Shown: piece after piece, positions 1-11,531 of the stretch
Position numbering within the stretch: position 1 is the first letter of the stretch
Layout: every line of letters starts with the position of its first letter
Origin: Wigglesworthia glossinidia endosymbiont of Glossina brevipalpis
GTDB taxonomy: Bacteria > Pseudomonadota > Gammaproteobacteria > Enterobacterales > Enterobacteriaceae
NCBI GenBank assembly: GCA_000008885.1
Contig: BA000021.3
Location: 240,001-272,000 of the forward strand
DNA length: 32,000 bases
Direction: 5' to 3'
Position numbers and translations under genes: made by a program
The notes under the pieces: model-generated
Told to the model about the DNA's origin: nothing
What the model saw: the letters and a program-made list of their open reading frames with translations, nothing else
The model's database searches: none

Positions 1-55
1 CTTTAGAAGTTCCAATTTCTAGCCCAACTACTAGTTTTTTATCAGTCGCTTTCAT
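1..55 (-). CDS. ftsA: Cell division protein FtsA, N-terminal fragment (continues beyond window start)
   Basis: Reverse complement from the ATG at 55 reads MKATDKKLVVGLEIGTSK, matching the E. coli FtsA N-terminus (MIKATDRKLVVGLEIGT). It is adjacent to ftsQ as in the dcw cluster. Confidence 0.9.
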   Translation of the reverse strand, partial: MKATDKKLVVGLEIGTSK

Positions 56-95
56 TAAATTTTTTTTCCATACTTATTTTAGTATATTAAAATTA

Positions 96-824
96 TTATT
101 TATATTTAATTGCTACTCCTGAATTGTATCTTAGATCTATATATTTAATATTTTTTTTTTCATTAAAAGATTTTTTTATTAATTCTGGATATATTTTGAT
201 AAATATATTTAATTTTTTTATTTTATCATAACGACCTAATTTTAATTTTAAATTATTATTTAATGTTATTTCCCAAGAAAATATATTATTAATATTAACT
301 GTTTTTAATTCTATATTATTATTATTTAGTATATTTTTTATAATTAGCAATGTTTCTATAATTATTTTTTTATTTTTATTTTTAAAATATATCTTTGGAA
401 GATTAATATTTTTTTTTTTAATAAATGGAATATTAAAAATTGTTCCATTATAATCAATTAATTGAAAATCATTCCAAATTCCTATCGGAACATATTCCGA
501 TAAATTTAACACTAAACAATTAGGCCATTTCTTTTCTATAATATAATTTTTAATCCATGACATTTTTTCGATTTGAATCTTGATAAATTCAATATCTTTC
601 TTTACAAAATTTTTAGATAATTTTAAATTTAAAAAAATTTGACGAATATCTTCTTGTGGAGTAAAATTCATGTTTCCTTTTATGATTATATGAGAAATAG
701 GGAATAGAGATAATATATTTGAAATATTTAAAATTTTTAAAATAAACCAAAATATGCTAGATAAAGATGAAAAAAATAAAATAATTTCTAATATTTTTTT
801 ATAATTTTTTATTATATATTTCAT
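96..824 (-). CDS. ftsQ: Cell division protein FtsQ (divergent)
   Basis: 242-aa ORF with an N-terminal TM segment, a POTRA-like 'ISHIIIKGNMNFTPQEDI' and 'WIKNYIIEKKWPNCLVLNLSEYVPIGIWND'. It lies between murC and ftsA. Confidence 0.85.
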   Translation of the reverse strand: MKYIIKNYKKILEIILFFSSLSSIFWFILKILNISNILSLFPISHIIIKGNMNFTPQEDIRQIFLNLKLSKNFVKKDIEFIKIQIEKMSWIKNYIIEKKWPNCLVLNLSEYVPIGIWNDFQLIDYNGTIFNIPFIKKKNINLPKIYFKNKNKKIIIETLLIIKNILNNNNIELKTVNINNIFSWEITLNNNLKLKLGRYDKIKKLNIFIKIYPELIKKSFNEKKNIKYIDLRYNSGVAIKYK

Positions 825-844
825 TTATGTTATTTATTAAAATA

Positions 845-2272
845 TTATAATAACAATTTACTTGTTAATTTTTTAAAAATGTTTTCTATCGTACCAGCTC
901 CTTGTAATAATAAAATATCATTATTTTTTAATAACAACTCTAATTTTTTAAATAAAAATTTTTCATTAGGTATAAATATAACGTGAGATCTTTTTAAAGC
1001 CATTATTGATTGACAAAGATTTTTACTATTTATTTTATAAATAGGATTCTCTCCAGCAGAATATATTTCCATAATTAATAAAATATCTACAGTAGATAAT
1101 ACTTTTACGAAATAATTATACAAATATTTAGTTCTAGTATATTTATGAGGTTGAAATATCATAATCAATCTTCTTTTATTCCATATTTTTTTAACAGATT
1201 TAATTGTTAATTTCAACTCGGTTGGATGATGACCATAGTCATCTACTATTGTTATAGTACCTTTTTTATTGTTTAAATTAGACAAATCATATTTATTTAT
1301 GAAATCAAATCTTCTATTTATACCTGGAAATTTTTTTATAGAATTTAAAATTATATTATATTTTATTCCTTCTTTTATTGCAATAGTTATAGCTGCTGTT
1401 ATATTTAATGCGTTATGCTTTCCTAAAAGATTAGATACAAATTTTAAATATCTTTTTTGATGCTTAATATAAACAATAAAAATTATCTTTTTATTTGATT
1501 GAAAAAATTTTGTTATGCAAAAATCAGAATTTCTATTAAATCCATAAGTTACAATTTTTTTATTTATTAATGGAATTATTTTTTTAATTTCTATGTCATC
1601 TAGACATAATACAGAATATCCATAAAATGGTATATTATGCAAAAATTTAATAAAAGATTCTTTTAATTTTTTAAAATTTCCTTGATAAGATTCTAGATGA
1701 TCTTTTTCTATGTTTGTAACCACAGATATAATTGGTCTAAAAAATAAAAATGAATTATCACTTTCGTCTGCTTCAGAAATCCAGTATTTACTGTTTCCTA
1801 AATTTCCATAATCATCAGAATTATTTAATCTGCCTCCGTATAAATAAGTAGGAAATAATTTGGCTTCTTTGTAAATATAAGATATTATTGAAGTTGTAGT
1901 TGTTTTTCCATGTGTGCCAGACACTATAATTCCATATTTAAATCTCATAAGTTCTGAAAGAAATTCAGCTCTTTTTACTACAGGAATATTTAATTTTTTT
2001 GCGTAAATTATTTCTAAATTATCTTCTTTTATTGCGCTAGAAACTACAATAATTGTTGATTCGATAATATTATTAGCACAATGTTGATTGTATATTTTTG
2101 CTCCTAAAACAGAAAGTTTTTTTGTTATTAAATTTTCTTTGATGTCTGATCCACTGATTTTATATCCTAGCTTAATACAAATTTCAGCTAGGGCTCCCAT
2201 TCCAACTCCTCCTATTCCAACAAAATGAATATTGTCAGATCTTAAAATTTTAGAAAAAAATAAATTATTCAT
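845..2272 (-). CDS. murC: UDP-N-acetylmuramate--L-alanine ligase
   Basis: 475-aa ORF; 'HFVGIGGVGMGALAEI', ATP loop 'VSGTHGKTTTTS', 'EADESDNSF', 'DDYGHHPTE'. Confidence 0.97.
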   Translation of the reverse strand: MNNLFFSKILRSDNIHFVGIGGVGMGALAEICIKLGYKISGSDIKENLITKKLSVLGAKIYNQHCANNIIESTIIVVSSAIKEDNLEIIYAKKLNIPVVKRAEFLSELMRFKYGIIVSGTHGKTTTTSIISYIYKEAKLFPTYLYGGRLNNSDDYGNLGNSKYWISEADESDNSFLFFRPIISVVTNIEKDHLESYQGNFKKLKESFIKFLHNIPFYGYSVLCLDDIEIKKIIPLINKKIVTYGFNRNSDFCITKFFQSNKKIIFIVYIKHQKRYLKFVSNLLGKHNALNITAAITIAIKEGIKYNIILNSIKKFPGINRRFDFINKYDLSNLNNKKGTITIVDDYGHHPTELKLTIKSVKKIWNKRRLIMIFQPHKYTRTKYLYNYFVKVLSTVDILLIMEIYSAGENPIYKINSKNLCQSIMALKRSHVIFIPNEKFLFKKLELLLKNNDILLLQGAGTIENIFKKLTSKLLL

Positions 2273-2293
2273 TTTTTATTTTATAAAAATTAT

Positions 2294-3373
2294 TTATTTA
2301 ACAAGACCAATTAAATTATTAATTTCTTTTATTATTTTTTTTGCAGAATTTGTAATTGATAAATTTTTAGATTTTTGTGACATAATTAATGATTTTTTTC
2401 TATCCCAGCTAGATAATAATTTTATTAATTTTTTTTTAGTAAAATCTTTTTGATTTATAATTTCTGCAGCACCTATTTTTTCTAATATTTTAGCGTTCCA
2501 ATATTGATGATTATCTTTATGGTTATATGGAACAAACAATGCAGCAATTCCTATACTAGAAATTTCGCTTACTGTTAGAGCTCCAGATCTGCAAATTATT
2601 AAATCTGCCCATTCATAAGCTATTGAAATGTCTTTTATAAAATCAAACACTTTATATTCTGTATGATGAAATAATTTTTCATATTTACTTTTTACTAATT
2701 CATATTCGCTATATCCGGATTGATGCCATATATGGAATTTATTAGGCAAATATTTAGCTACATCTGGAATTACTAGATTTAATATACTAGCTCCTTGACT
2801 TCCTCCGATTACTAATATTCTTAATGGCCCGAATCTTCCTAAAAATCTTTTTTCTGGTGTTTTTATTTTTAAAATAGCATTTCTTATTGGATTCCCTACA
2901 ACTTTAGCTCTAGGAAATGTATTAGGAAATGCTTGTAAAATTTTACAATTAGTTAATTTATATAAAATATAATTGGATAATCCAGGAACACTGTTTTGTT
3001 CATGAATTATTAAAGGAACCTTAGATATCCATGTTGCTATTGCTCCTGGAAAAGATACGTATCCTCCTATAGATAAAACAATATCTGGTTTATAATATTT
3101 AATTAATTTTTTTATTTTTAAAATAGAATATGCTGTTTTTATTAAACTAATTAATTTTAAAAAAATATTATTTCCATTGAATCCAATGACATTTATTTTA
3201 TAAATTTTTATATTACTTTTTGGAATTAAATAAGATTCTATTCTATCAGAAGATCCAATCCATAATATTTCACATCCAATTTTTATTAATTGTTCAGCTA
3301 TAGATAAACCTACAAATACATGACCTCCACTTCCTCCTCCTGTTATAATAATTTTTATTTTTGTATTTTTCAT
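2294..3373 (-). CDS. murG: UDP-GlcNAc:MurNAc-pentapeptide-lipid N-acetylglucosaminyltransferase
   Basis: 359-aa ORF; 'GGGSGGHVFVGLSIAEQL', 'GGYVSFPGA', 'IHEQNSVPG', 'CRSGALTVSEI'. Confidence 0.97.
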   Translation of the reverse strand: MKNTKIKIIITGGGSGGHVFVGLSIAEQLIKIGCEILWIGSSDRIESYLIPKSNIKIYKINVIGFNGNNIFLKLISLIKTAYSILKIKKLIKYYKPDIVLSIGGYVSFPGAIATWISKVPLIIHEQNSVPGLSNYILYKLTNCKILQAFPNTFPRAKVVGNPIRNAILKIKTPEKRFLGRFGPLRILVIGGSQGASILNLVIPDVAKYLPNKFHIWHQSGYSEYELVKSKYEKLFHHTEYKVFDFIKDISIAYEWADLIICRSGALTVSEISSIGIAALFVPYNHKDNHQYWNAKILEKIGAAEIINQKDFTKKKLIKLLSSWDRKKSLIMSQKSKNLSITNSAKKIIKEINNLIGLVK

Positions 3374-4515
3374 TGTTTTAAATAAGCTTGATATTTATTT
3401 ATTCGCAATTCAAAATCTGATCTTATTACTATGGCTATAGCAGAAAATATAGTTATTAAACTTGATCCTCCATAACTAATAAATGGCAATGTTAATCCTT
3501 TTATGGGCAAAATTCCAATCACTCCTCCAACATTCATTATTGTTTGTAGACTAATCCAAATTCCTACAGAAAAAGAAAAATATCCAGAGAAAAATTTTTT
3601 TTGTATGAAAGAATTTTTACCTATCAAGAATATACGAAAAATTACGAAAAATAACATTATCAATATTATAATAGATCCTATATATCCTAGTTCTTCTCCT
3701 AAAATGGAAAAAATAAAATCTGTGTAAGCTTCTGGAAGATATTCAAGTTTTTGTATTGAATTCCCAAGTCCAGTCCCGATAATCTTGCCTCTTCCAAGAG
3801 CCATCAATGATTGAGTAAGTTGATATCCGCTATTAAATGGGTCTTCCCATGGATCTAAAAAAGATAAAATCCTTCTTATTCTGTAAGGTTTAAATATGAT
3901 TAAAATAAAAATAGTTAATAGTCCAAATAAAAACATAAAACAGCATTTCCATAAATTTATTCCTGCTAAAAAGAATAACAATAATGTTGTTAAAAATAAT
4001 ATTAAAGAATTTCCTAAATCGGGTTGCATAAGTAATAATATTACAAATATTAACATAATTATAATAGGTTTTAAAAAACCCCATAATTTATTTTTTAACT
4101 CTTTATTTTTTTTTACTATATAATCTGATATATAAAAAAATAATATTAATTTTGAGCATTCTGAAGGCTGAATACTAAAAAATCCAATTTTTATCCAACG
4201 AATTGCTCCATTAATGGAATTTCCAATAATAAAAACTATAATTAATAAAAATAAATTAATAAGTAATGCAATTTTATTATATTTTTCCAATTGATTTATA
4301 GGAATCCTTATGATCTGAAAAAATAAAAAAAAAGATAAAAAAAAATACAATAAATTACGTTTTGCAAAATAAAAATAATCGTTATGCAATCTTATTCCAA
4401 AAGATATAGATGCAGATGAAACTATTATAATTCCTATAATGCTTAAAGATATCAATAAAAAAAACAAAATTTTATCATAAAAAAATATTTTTACAATTTT
4501 TTTTTTATTATTCAT
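3370..4515 (-). CDS. ftsW: Peptidoglycan glycosyltransferase / lipid II polymerase FtsW
   Basis: 381-aa polytopic SEDS protein; 'QPDLGNSL', 'GLGNSIQKLEYLPEAYTDFIFSILGEELG', 'LPLPFISYGGSS'-like motif 'LTLPFISYGGSS'. Overlaps the murG start by 4 nt. Confidence 0.96.
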   Translation of the reverse strand: MNNKKKIVKIFFYDKILFFLLISLSIIGIIIVSSASISFGIRLHNDYFYFAKRNLLYFFLSFFLFFQIIRIPINQLEKYNKIALLINLFLLIIVFIIGNSINGAIRWIKIGFFSIQPSECSKLILFFYISDYIVKKNKELKNKLWGFLKPIIIMLIFVILLLMQPDLGNSLILFLTTLLLFFLAGINLWKCCFMFLFGLLTIFILIIFKPYRIRRILSFLDPWEDPFNSGYQLTQSLMALGRGKIIGTGLGNSIQKLEYLPEAYTDFIFSILGEELGYIGSIIILIMLFFVIFRIFLIGKNSFIQKKFFSGYFSFSVGIWISLQTIMNVGGVIGILPIKGLTLPFISYGGSSLITIFSAIAIVIRSDFELRINKYQAYLKQ

Positions 4516-4529
4516 TGTATTGATTTTAA

Positions 4530-5846
4530 TTAACCTATTTTTTGTGCTAATTTGGTAAATTTTTCACCTCTTTCTTTAAAGTTCTTGAACTGGTCTAAGC
4601 TAGAACAAGCTGGTGAAAGCAAAACTATGTCTCCATGATTTAAATTTTCTTTTATTTTTATCATAGAATGATATAATGTATCATTTATAAATGAATCAGT
4701 AGAAATCTTTGACAAAAGATAAGCGTCTTTTCCAAAACAATATAATTTAATTTTTTTATTTCTTATAATTTTCATTAAAGGCAATAAATTTGCTTTTTTG
4801 CTATCTCCTCCTAGTAATAAATGAATATTTCCTTTTATTTTAATTGATGATAAAGCAGCTATTGTGCTTGAAACATTGGTAGATTTAGAATCATTTATCC
4901 AAGAAATATTGTTTTTTTTATGTATTATTTGAAATCTATGAGGTAATCCAGAAAAATTTTTTAATGTGTTCAAACTTATTTCTCTTGGAATTTTTAAAAT
5001 ATCAGAAAATATTAATGAAACTAATGCATTTAAATAATTATGAAAACCTGAAATTTTCATTTCTGAGCATTTTAATAAAAATTTATTATTAACTACCATC
5101 CAATTATTTTTTTTATGTTTTTTTATACAATATTTTCCTTTATGGGAAGAAAATCCTATACAAACTGATTTATTTTTATGAACAGGCCATGTCATATAGT
5201 CATCTAAATTTATTATTTTTACTTTAGCATTTTTATATATTTTTAATTTAATTAGACGATATTGATTTATTCCTAATGGATATCTATCCATATGATCATG
5301 AGTTACATTTAATATAGAAGAAGCTATTGTTTTGAGGTTAAAGGTTGTTTCTAGTTGAAAACTAGATAATTCAATAATATATAATTGATAACTTTTTTCA
5401 TTTAAAAGATCTAAAGCCGGAGTTCCTAAATTACCTCCTATTCCAACACTTAATCCTGAATTTAATGCAATTGCTCCTATCATAGAAGTCACAGTACTTT
5501 TACCATTTGACCCAGTAATTGCTATAATTGGTCTTGATGCTTCTCTAGCAAATAATTCAATATCTCCAATAATTTCTATATTTAATTTTTTTGCAATAAT
5601 TAAAGATGGATGATACAAAGATACTCCTGGACTAATAATTATTAATTTAGCATTAATTAACCATTTAACGTTTAAGCTACCTAAATGGCAAGGAATATCA
5701 TATGGAACATACTTTAAATATTCAGGTGAATATGAATCATCCATTATGTATGTTTTTATTCCTCTTTTATAAAAAAAATTAACGCAAGACAATCCTGTTA
5801 TTCCTAAACCAATAATTACTATTTTCTTACCTAAATATGATTTCAT
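4530..5846 (-). CDS. murD: UDP-N-acetylmuramoylalanine--D-glutamate ligase
   Basis: 438-aa ORF; '[11 protein letters not shown]', '[16 protein letters not shown]', 'HDHMDRYP', '[12 protein letters not shown]', '[22 protein letters not shown]'. Confidence 0.97.
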
Positions 5847-5847
5847 A

Positions 5848-6930
5848 TCATCTCACTTTTAGTGTGGAAATTCCCAATAATACTAAAATAAAAGAAATAA
5901 TCCAAAATCTTACAATTAATCTAGGTTCTGGACATCCTCTTAGCTCATAATGATGATGTATAGGAGCCATTTTAAAAATTCTTTGCCCTGATATTTTAAA
6001 AAAAATTACTTGTAAAATAACAGATATTGTTTCTAATACAAATACACCTCCCATTATAAATAATAATATTTCTTGTCTAGTTAATACTGAAATTATTCCT
6101 AAAGCTCCACCTAAAGATAAAGAACCTACATCCCCCATAAATATTTTAGCAGGATATGTATTAAACCAAAGAAAACCAAGACCAGATCCAATTATTGAAG
6201 TACATATTATTACTAATTCTCCTGAAAATTTTATATAAGGAATATTTAAATAACTAGAAAAATTTATGTTTCCAGTAACCCAAGCTATAATAGCAAGACC
6301 AGCAGATATAAATACTGTAGGCATAATAGCTAACCCATCTAATCCATCTGTTAAATTTACAGCATTGCTAGAACCAACTATAACAAAATAAGATAACAAT
6401 ATATACCATAAACCTAATTGTGGCATAATATCTTTAAAAAATGGTATTACTAATTTAGTAGCATTAGTATTTTGATATTTTAAAAATATAAAAACAGAAA
6501 TTGAAATTGCTATTATAGACTGCCAAATATATTTCCATTTTGCTTTTAATCCTTGAGAATTTTTATTAATGATTTTTTTATAATCATCAAAAAATCCTAT
6601 TATTCCATATCCAGTTAAAACATATAAAACGTACCAAATATAAGAATTTGACAAATGAGACCAAGAAAGAACAGAAAAAATTACTGACACAAGAATCATC
6701 ACCCCACCCATTGTAGGGGTGTTGCATTTATATAAATGAGATTTAGGTCCGTCTAGTCTAATAATTTGTTTTATTTGAAATTTTTTTAAGAATAAAATTA
6801 CTCTAGGGCCAAAAAATAAGGATAAAAAAAAAGATGTCAATAAACTTATTATAGATCTGATTGTTAAGTAAGAAAAAACATTGAAACCAGAATATAAATA
6901 AACTAACTTTTCACATAACCATACTAGCAT
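5848..6930 (-). CDS. mraY: Phospho-N-acetylmuramoyl-pentapeptide transferase
   Basis: 360-aa ORF, highly conserved from '[23 protein letters not shown]' through 'GFFDDYKK', '[16 protein letters not shown]' and '[12 protein letters not shown]'. Its start overlaps the murF 3' end by 20 nt. Confidence 0.98.
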
Positions 6931-8302
6931 GTCTAGCGCTCTCCTGAAGCATTTTTACTATGTTGTATGCGTCTGTTTTATTAGAACCTTTTATTAAAAC
7001 AGTAATAATCGGATATCTAGAAATCATTTTAATTGTTTCGCTTATTAAATAATCTATATTATAAAAATGTTTTCCTTTTTTGCTAAAAATACTAGAAAAA
7101 TAACTTAAATAACCAATGCTAAAGACTTTGTTTATTTTAGATTTTGAAATAAAAAATCCAATGTTTTTGTGAATAATTATTTCTTTTTGTTTTCCTAATT
7201 CTAAAATGTCTCCAATAATAATTATTTTATAACCTGGCATATTATTTAACACAGATATAGCTGATATCATAGATCCTACATTGGCATTGTAACTATCATC
7301 TATAATTATTTTGTTTTTGTTTAAAAAAATAGGAAATAATCTTCTTTTGAATGGATAAGATTTTTTTAATCCATATTTTATGCTTTCCATACTTGCTCCA
7401 ACTAAAAAAGATATTGCAATAGCAGCCATAGCGTTAAATAAATTATGATATCCTATTAATGGCAGAGAAACTTCACACTCTTCTTTTTGAGTTGATATTG
7501 AAAATTTAATACAAAAATTTTCTTTTTTTATATTTTTTAAATAAAAATATTTTTTTTTATTTTTTATAATTCCAAACCAAAAAACTAAATTATCTTTTAA
7601 CTTTTTCTTCCATTCTTTCCAATCATTACTATTATAATTTAATACTATTATTCCATTTTTTTTGCCTTGAATTCCTGAAAAAATTTCTTCTTTTGCTTTT
7701 GAAACTCCATTAATAGATTTAAAACCAGAAAGATGAGACTCTGAAATATTATTAATTAATGCTATATCTGGTTTAATTAAATTAGAAGAAGTTTTTATTT
7801 CTCCGAATTTATTTCCACCAACTTCAATAATTGCAAAATTATGATTTTTGTTCAATCTAAGCAAAGTTAAAGGAACTCCAATATTATTATTAAAGTTTTT
7901 TTTTGTTGCAATTGTATTGCTAAATGTATTTAAAATATTAAAAATTATTTCTTTTACTGATGTTTTTCCAGAAGAACCAGTTATTGCTATTATTTTAGCT
8001 TTTGAATTCTCCCTGATCCATTTAGATAGCCTTAATAAAGATATGATAGTATTTTTTACAATTAAATGAGGAATATTTATGTTAACTTTCCTTGCATTAA
8101 TAACTGCTACAGCTCCATTTTTAATAGATTCTTTAATAAAACATTCTCCGTTAAATTTTTTTCCTTTAATAGCAATAAATAAGCAATTTTTTTTATTAAA
8201 AATTTTTCTAGAATCTATAGAAATTGAATTAATTTTACAATTATTTCCTATTAATTTTGCATTTAAGATAAGCGCTATATCTTTTAAATAAAGATTAATC
8301 AT
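6911..8302 (-). CDS. murF: UDP-N-acetylmuramoyl-tripeptide--D-alanyl-D-alanine ligase
   Basis: 463-aa ORF; '[14 protein letters not shown]', '[11 protein letters not shown]', 'GGNKFGEI', '[11 protein letters not shown]'. 4-nt overlap with murE. Confidence 0.96.
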
Positions 8303-9789
8303 GTTTTATATAATATCTTATTTACTAATATTTGATCTGAAAAAAATACTTTTTTATATTTAAACACTTGATGCTCTTCATGTCCTTTTCCTAATATCAA
8401 AACAATATCTTTTTCATTGCTATTATCAATTGCAAACTTAATAGCGTGTTCTCTAGATGGAATTATATTTACTTTATTTAAATTTTTTATTCCAATTTTT
8501 ATATCGTTAAATATTTTTGTTTCTGATTCAGATCTAGGATTATCATTTGTAAGAATTATATTAATTGAATAAAGATCACAAATTTTGCCCATAACTCTTC
8601 TTTTGCTTTTATCTCTATCTCCTCCACACCCAAATATAGACCAAATATTTTTCTTAAAATGCAACTTGATTGCTGACAATACTTTTTCTAAAGCATCTGG
8701 AGTATGAGCATAATCCACTATAACTCTTGGAATTTTTTTTACATAAAATATTTTCATACGCCCATTGGGCATAGTCAAATTTTCTGCTACATTGGCTAAA
8801 GATTTAAAGTTATATCCTAATGTTAGTAGTGCAACAAAAGATAATAATAAATTATTAATATTAAATTCTCCAAATATTTTTGTATTTATTACACAAGACC
8901 CCCAACTAGATGATATAGAAAGTTTTGTTCCAAAATAATGGAAAAATATATCTTTTACATACATTTTTAAATTTTTAAATTTTTTTATTGAATTTTTTTT
9001 TGTAGAAACAATTATAGAATTAGGTATTTTTTTTATCCAATTTTTTCCAATTACATCATCATAATTAATAATATATTTATATACATTTAATTTAGAAAAT
9101 AATTTCCATTTAGACTGCTCATACTGCATCATATTTTTATGATAATCAATATGATCTTGGCTTAAATTTGAAAATATTGCAGAAAAAAAATTTATATTAT
9201 TTACTCTATTTTGATGCAATCCATGAGAAGAAACTTCCATTACAACAGTATTTATATTTTTTTTTAAAAAAAAATTAAGTAATTTTTGACATTTTATTGC
9301 AGAGTTTGTAGTATTTTTAGATTTTTTCATTTTATTTAAACATCCATATCCTAATGTACCAATAATTCCAATTTTTTCCCCTAACAAAAATAACCATTTT
9401 GCAATAAAATGAGATATTGTAGTTTTCCCATTTGTTCCAGTTATTCCAATTACATTCATATACCTAGATGGATGTAAATAAAATTTACCTGATAATTCAG
9501 AAAGAGAATAATTTAAATTATAAAAATAAATTATTGGAATGTTCTTTATAAAATAAATAATACCATGTTTTAATATATTTTTAGTTTCTATTAAAATAAT
9601 TGAAGAACCATTTTTTATTGCTTCAAAGATAAAATTTTTTCCATGATTACAATTTCCATATAATGCAATAAATATATCATTTTTAATTATTTTTTTACTA
9701 TTCAATTTAATTGAATTCAATTTAATTTTTGATATATCAGTAGATATCCAAGGGAAAAGAAATTTTTTTAAATTAATTATTTTAATCAT
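8299..9789 (-). CDS. murE: UDP-N-acetylmuramoyl-L-alanyl-D-glutamate--2,6-diaminopimelate ligase
   Basis: 496-aa ORF; 'GITGTNGKTTISH', 'DYAHTPDAL', and the meso-DAP specificity motif 'DNPR' ('LTNDNPRSES'). Confidence 0.97.
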   Translation of the reverse strand: MIKIINLKKFLFPWISTDISKIKLNSIKLNSKKIIKNDIFIALYGNCNHGKNFIFEAIKNGSSIILIETKNILKHGIIYFIKNIPIIYFYNLNYSLSELSGKFYLHPSRYMNVIGITGTNGKTTISHFIAKWLFLLGEKIGIIGTLGYGCLNKMKKSKNTTNSAIKCQKLLNFFLKKNINTVVMEVSSHGLHQNRVNNINFFSAIFSNLSQDHIDYHKNMMQYEQSKWKLFSKLNVYKYIINYDDVIGKNWIKKIPNSIIVSTKKNSIKKFKNLKMYVKDIFFHYFGTKLSISSSWGSCVINTKIFGEFNINNLLLSFVALLTLGYNFKSLANVAENLTMPNGRMKIFYVKKIPRVIVDYAHTPDALEKVLSAIKLHFKKNIWSIFGCGGDRDKSKRRVMGKICDLYSINIILTNDNPRSESETKIFNDIKIGIKNLNKVNIIPSREHAIKFAIDNSNEKDIVLILGKGHEEHQVFKYKKVFFSDQILVNKILYKT

Positions 9790-9807
9790 TATATATTTTG
9801 TTTATGT

Positions 9808-11496
9808 TTAATTTATAAAAATAGTATTTTCTGGAAAATAATTTGGAATTATATTCATTTCATGTAATACATTGTTCATTATTTTACTAAAAATAGGAGC
9901 AGAAACAGATCCTCCGTAATATTTACCTGCTTTTGGATCGTTAATTATTACTATTAAAGCAAATTTAGGATTATTTGCTGGAGCAATTCCAGCGGCAAAA
10001 GAAATATATTTATTAATATAATTTCCATATGGACCAACTTTTTTAGCAGTTCCAGTTTTTACTGCGACTCTATATCCTTGTACAGATGCTTTAACTCCGC
10101 TTCCACCTGGAAGAGCAACGCTCTCCATCATATTAATAACTTTCCTAATTATGCTAGGAGATGATATTTGTTTTCCATTAATAGGTTCATTTACTTTTAT
10201 TATGGATAAAGGATTCATCAAACCAATATTCCCAATAGTTGCATACATATGAGCTAATTGCAATGGTGTAACCATTAATCCATATCCATAAGAAAAAGTT
10301 GCTTTTTCTAATTCAGACCATTTATTTTTTTTTGGGAAAAATCCGTTGCTTTCCCCTACTAATCCTAGTTTAGTTGATTTATCTAACCCAAACAATCTAT
10401 AAGTATCTAATAAATATCCAAATGGCATAGATAATGCTATTTTTGATACTCCGACATTGCTAGATTTTTTTAGAATCCCTTCTGTATCAAGTTCTTTGTA
10501 ATCAACTACATCTTTTATTTTATATCCATCTACTATGTATGGACGAGTGTCTATTAAAGTATTTTCTTTTATTATATTCTTTTGTAATGCTGAAATTATT
10601 ACTATTGGTTTTATTATAGATCCTGGCTCAAAATTATCGGTAATTGCTATATTTCTCATAATACTTTTTTTTGTTTTAGACAGGTTATTTGGATTGTATG
10701 AAGGAGCATTAGTCATGGCTAATATTTCTCCATTATTTACATCTACTAAAATAGCTGTTCCTGATTCTGCTTTATGCAATTCTACCGATTTTTTTAACTC
10801 TTTATATATTAAAGTTTGTAAATTAATATCAATACTTAATATTAGATCTTTTGATTTTTTTGATTTTTTCAATAATAAAAAATCAATTATTTTACCAAAT
10901 CTATCTTTTCTTATCTTTTTTTTTCCTGGAATTCCGGATAACCAATCATCAAAACTTTTTTCTATTCCTTCTATTCCTTGACTATCTATGTTAGTTATTC
11001 CAATAATATGAGCTGCAGCTTGCCCTATAGGATAATATCTTTTGAATTCTTTTTTTAAATAAATTCCTGGTAATTTAAGTTGATCTATGTAGTCGCTTAT
11101 ATCTGAATTTACTTGTCTAGATAGATATACAAATCTACTATTTGGGTTGTCATTTATTTTTTTTATTAGTTGGTCAAAAGAAATAGACAATGCATCAGAT
11201 AAAGCTTTCCAATAAATATCTTTTACTATTCCAAAGTTGCTATTAATTTCTTTAGGATCAGCCCAAACAGAACTTACTGGAACACTTATTGCTAATGGAC
11301 GTTTTTTACGATCTAGAATCATACCTCTCGTTATAGATATAGGTTCTATACGCAATGATCTCATATTACTTTCTTTTATTAAATAATACGGATTAATAAT
11401 TTGTAAATAAGTTATTCTCAGTATCAAAATAAAAAAAGAAAATATAATTAATAAAATTAAAAACAAAAATCTCCATTTGATAAGAATAATACTCAT
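9808..11496 (-). CDS. ftsI: Penicillin-binding protein 3 / septal transpeptidase FtsI
   Basis: 562-aa ORF with transpeptidase SxxK ('EPGSIIKP'), SSN ('KSSNVGVSK') and KTG ('AVKTGTAKK') motifs and an N-terminal TM. Confidence 0.96.
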   Translation of the reverse strand: MSIILIKWRFLFLILLIIFSFFILILRITYLQIINPYYLIKESNMRSLRIEPISITRGMILDRKKRPLAISVPVSSVWADPKEINSNFGIVKDIYWKALSDALSISFDQLIKKINDNPNSRFVYLSRQVNSDISDYIDQLKLPGIYLKKEFKRYYPIGQAAAHIIGITNIDSQGIEGIEKSFDDWLSGIPGKKKIRKDRFGKIIDFLLLKKSKKSKDLILSIDINLQTLIYKELKKSVELHKAESGTAILVDVNNGEILAMTNAPSYNPNNLSKTKKSIMRNIAITDNFEPGSIIKPIVIISALQKNIIKENTLIDTRPYIVDGYKIKDVVDYKELDTEGILKKSSNVGVSKIALSMPFGYLLDTYRLFGLDKSTKLGLVGESNGFFPKKNKWSELEKATFSYGYGLMVTPLQLAHMYATIGNIGLMNPLSIIKVNEPINGKQISSPSIIRKVINMMESVALPGGSGVKASVQGYRVAVKTGTAKKVGPYGNYINKYISFAAGIAPANNPKFALIVIINDPKAGKYYGGSVSAPIFSKIMNNVLHEMNIIPNYFPENTIFIN

Positions 11497-11531
11497 TTAT
11501 TTATATATTAAAATTTTTATTAATTATAAAT

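Noticed and set aside
2232-2453. 73-aa plus-strand ORF spanning the murC/murG junction
   Set aside because: Antisense to both genes, with no recognisable motif or independent support. The hydrophobic composition follows from AT-rich complement.
3890-4084. 64-aa minus-strand ORF inside ftsW
   Set aside because: Out-of-frame ORF within the conserved ftsW frame; no evidence of function.
10535-10981. 148-aa plus-strand ORF inside ftsI
   Set aside because: Antisense to the well-supported ftsI and low-complexity (F/I/L/S-rich). This is the expected shadow ORF when AT-rich coding DNA is read in reverse. The same applies to the other internal plus-strand ORFs, e.g. 1269-1460, 3503-3727, 3896-4123, 7848-8291, 15946-17208, 18195-18440, 19619-19840, 20835-21083, 21594-22811, 26351-27506, 28768-29184 and 31584-31826.
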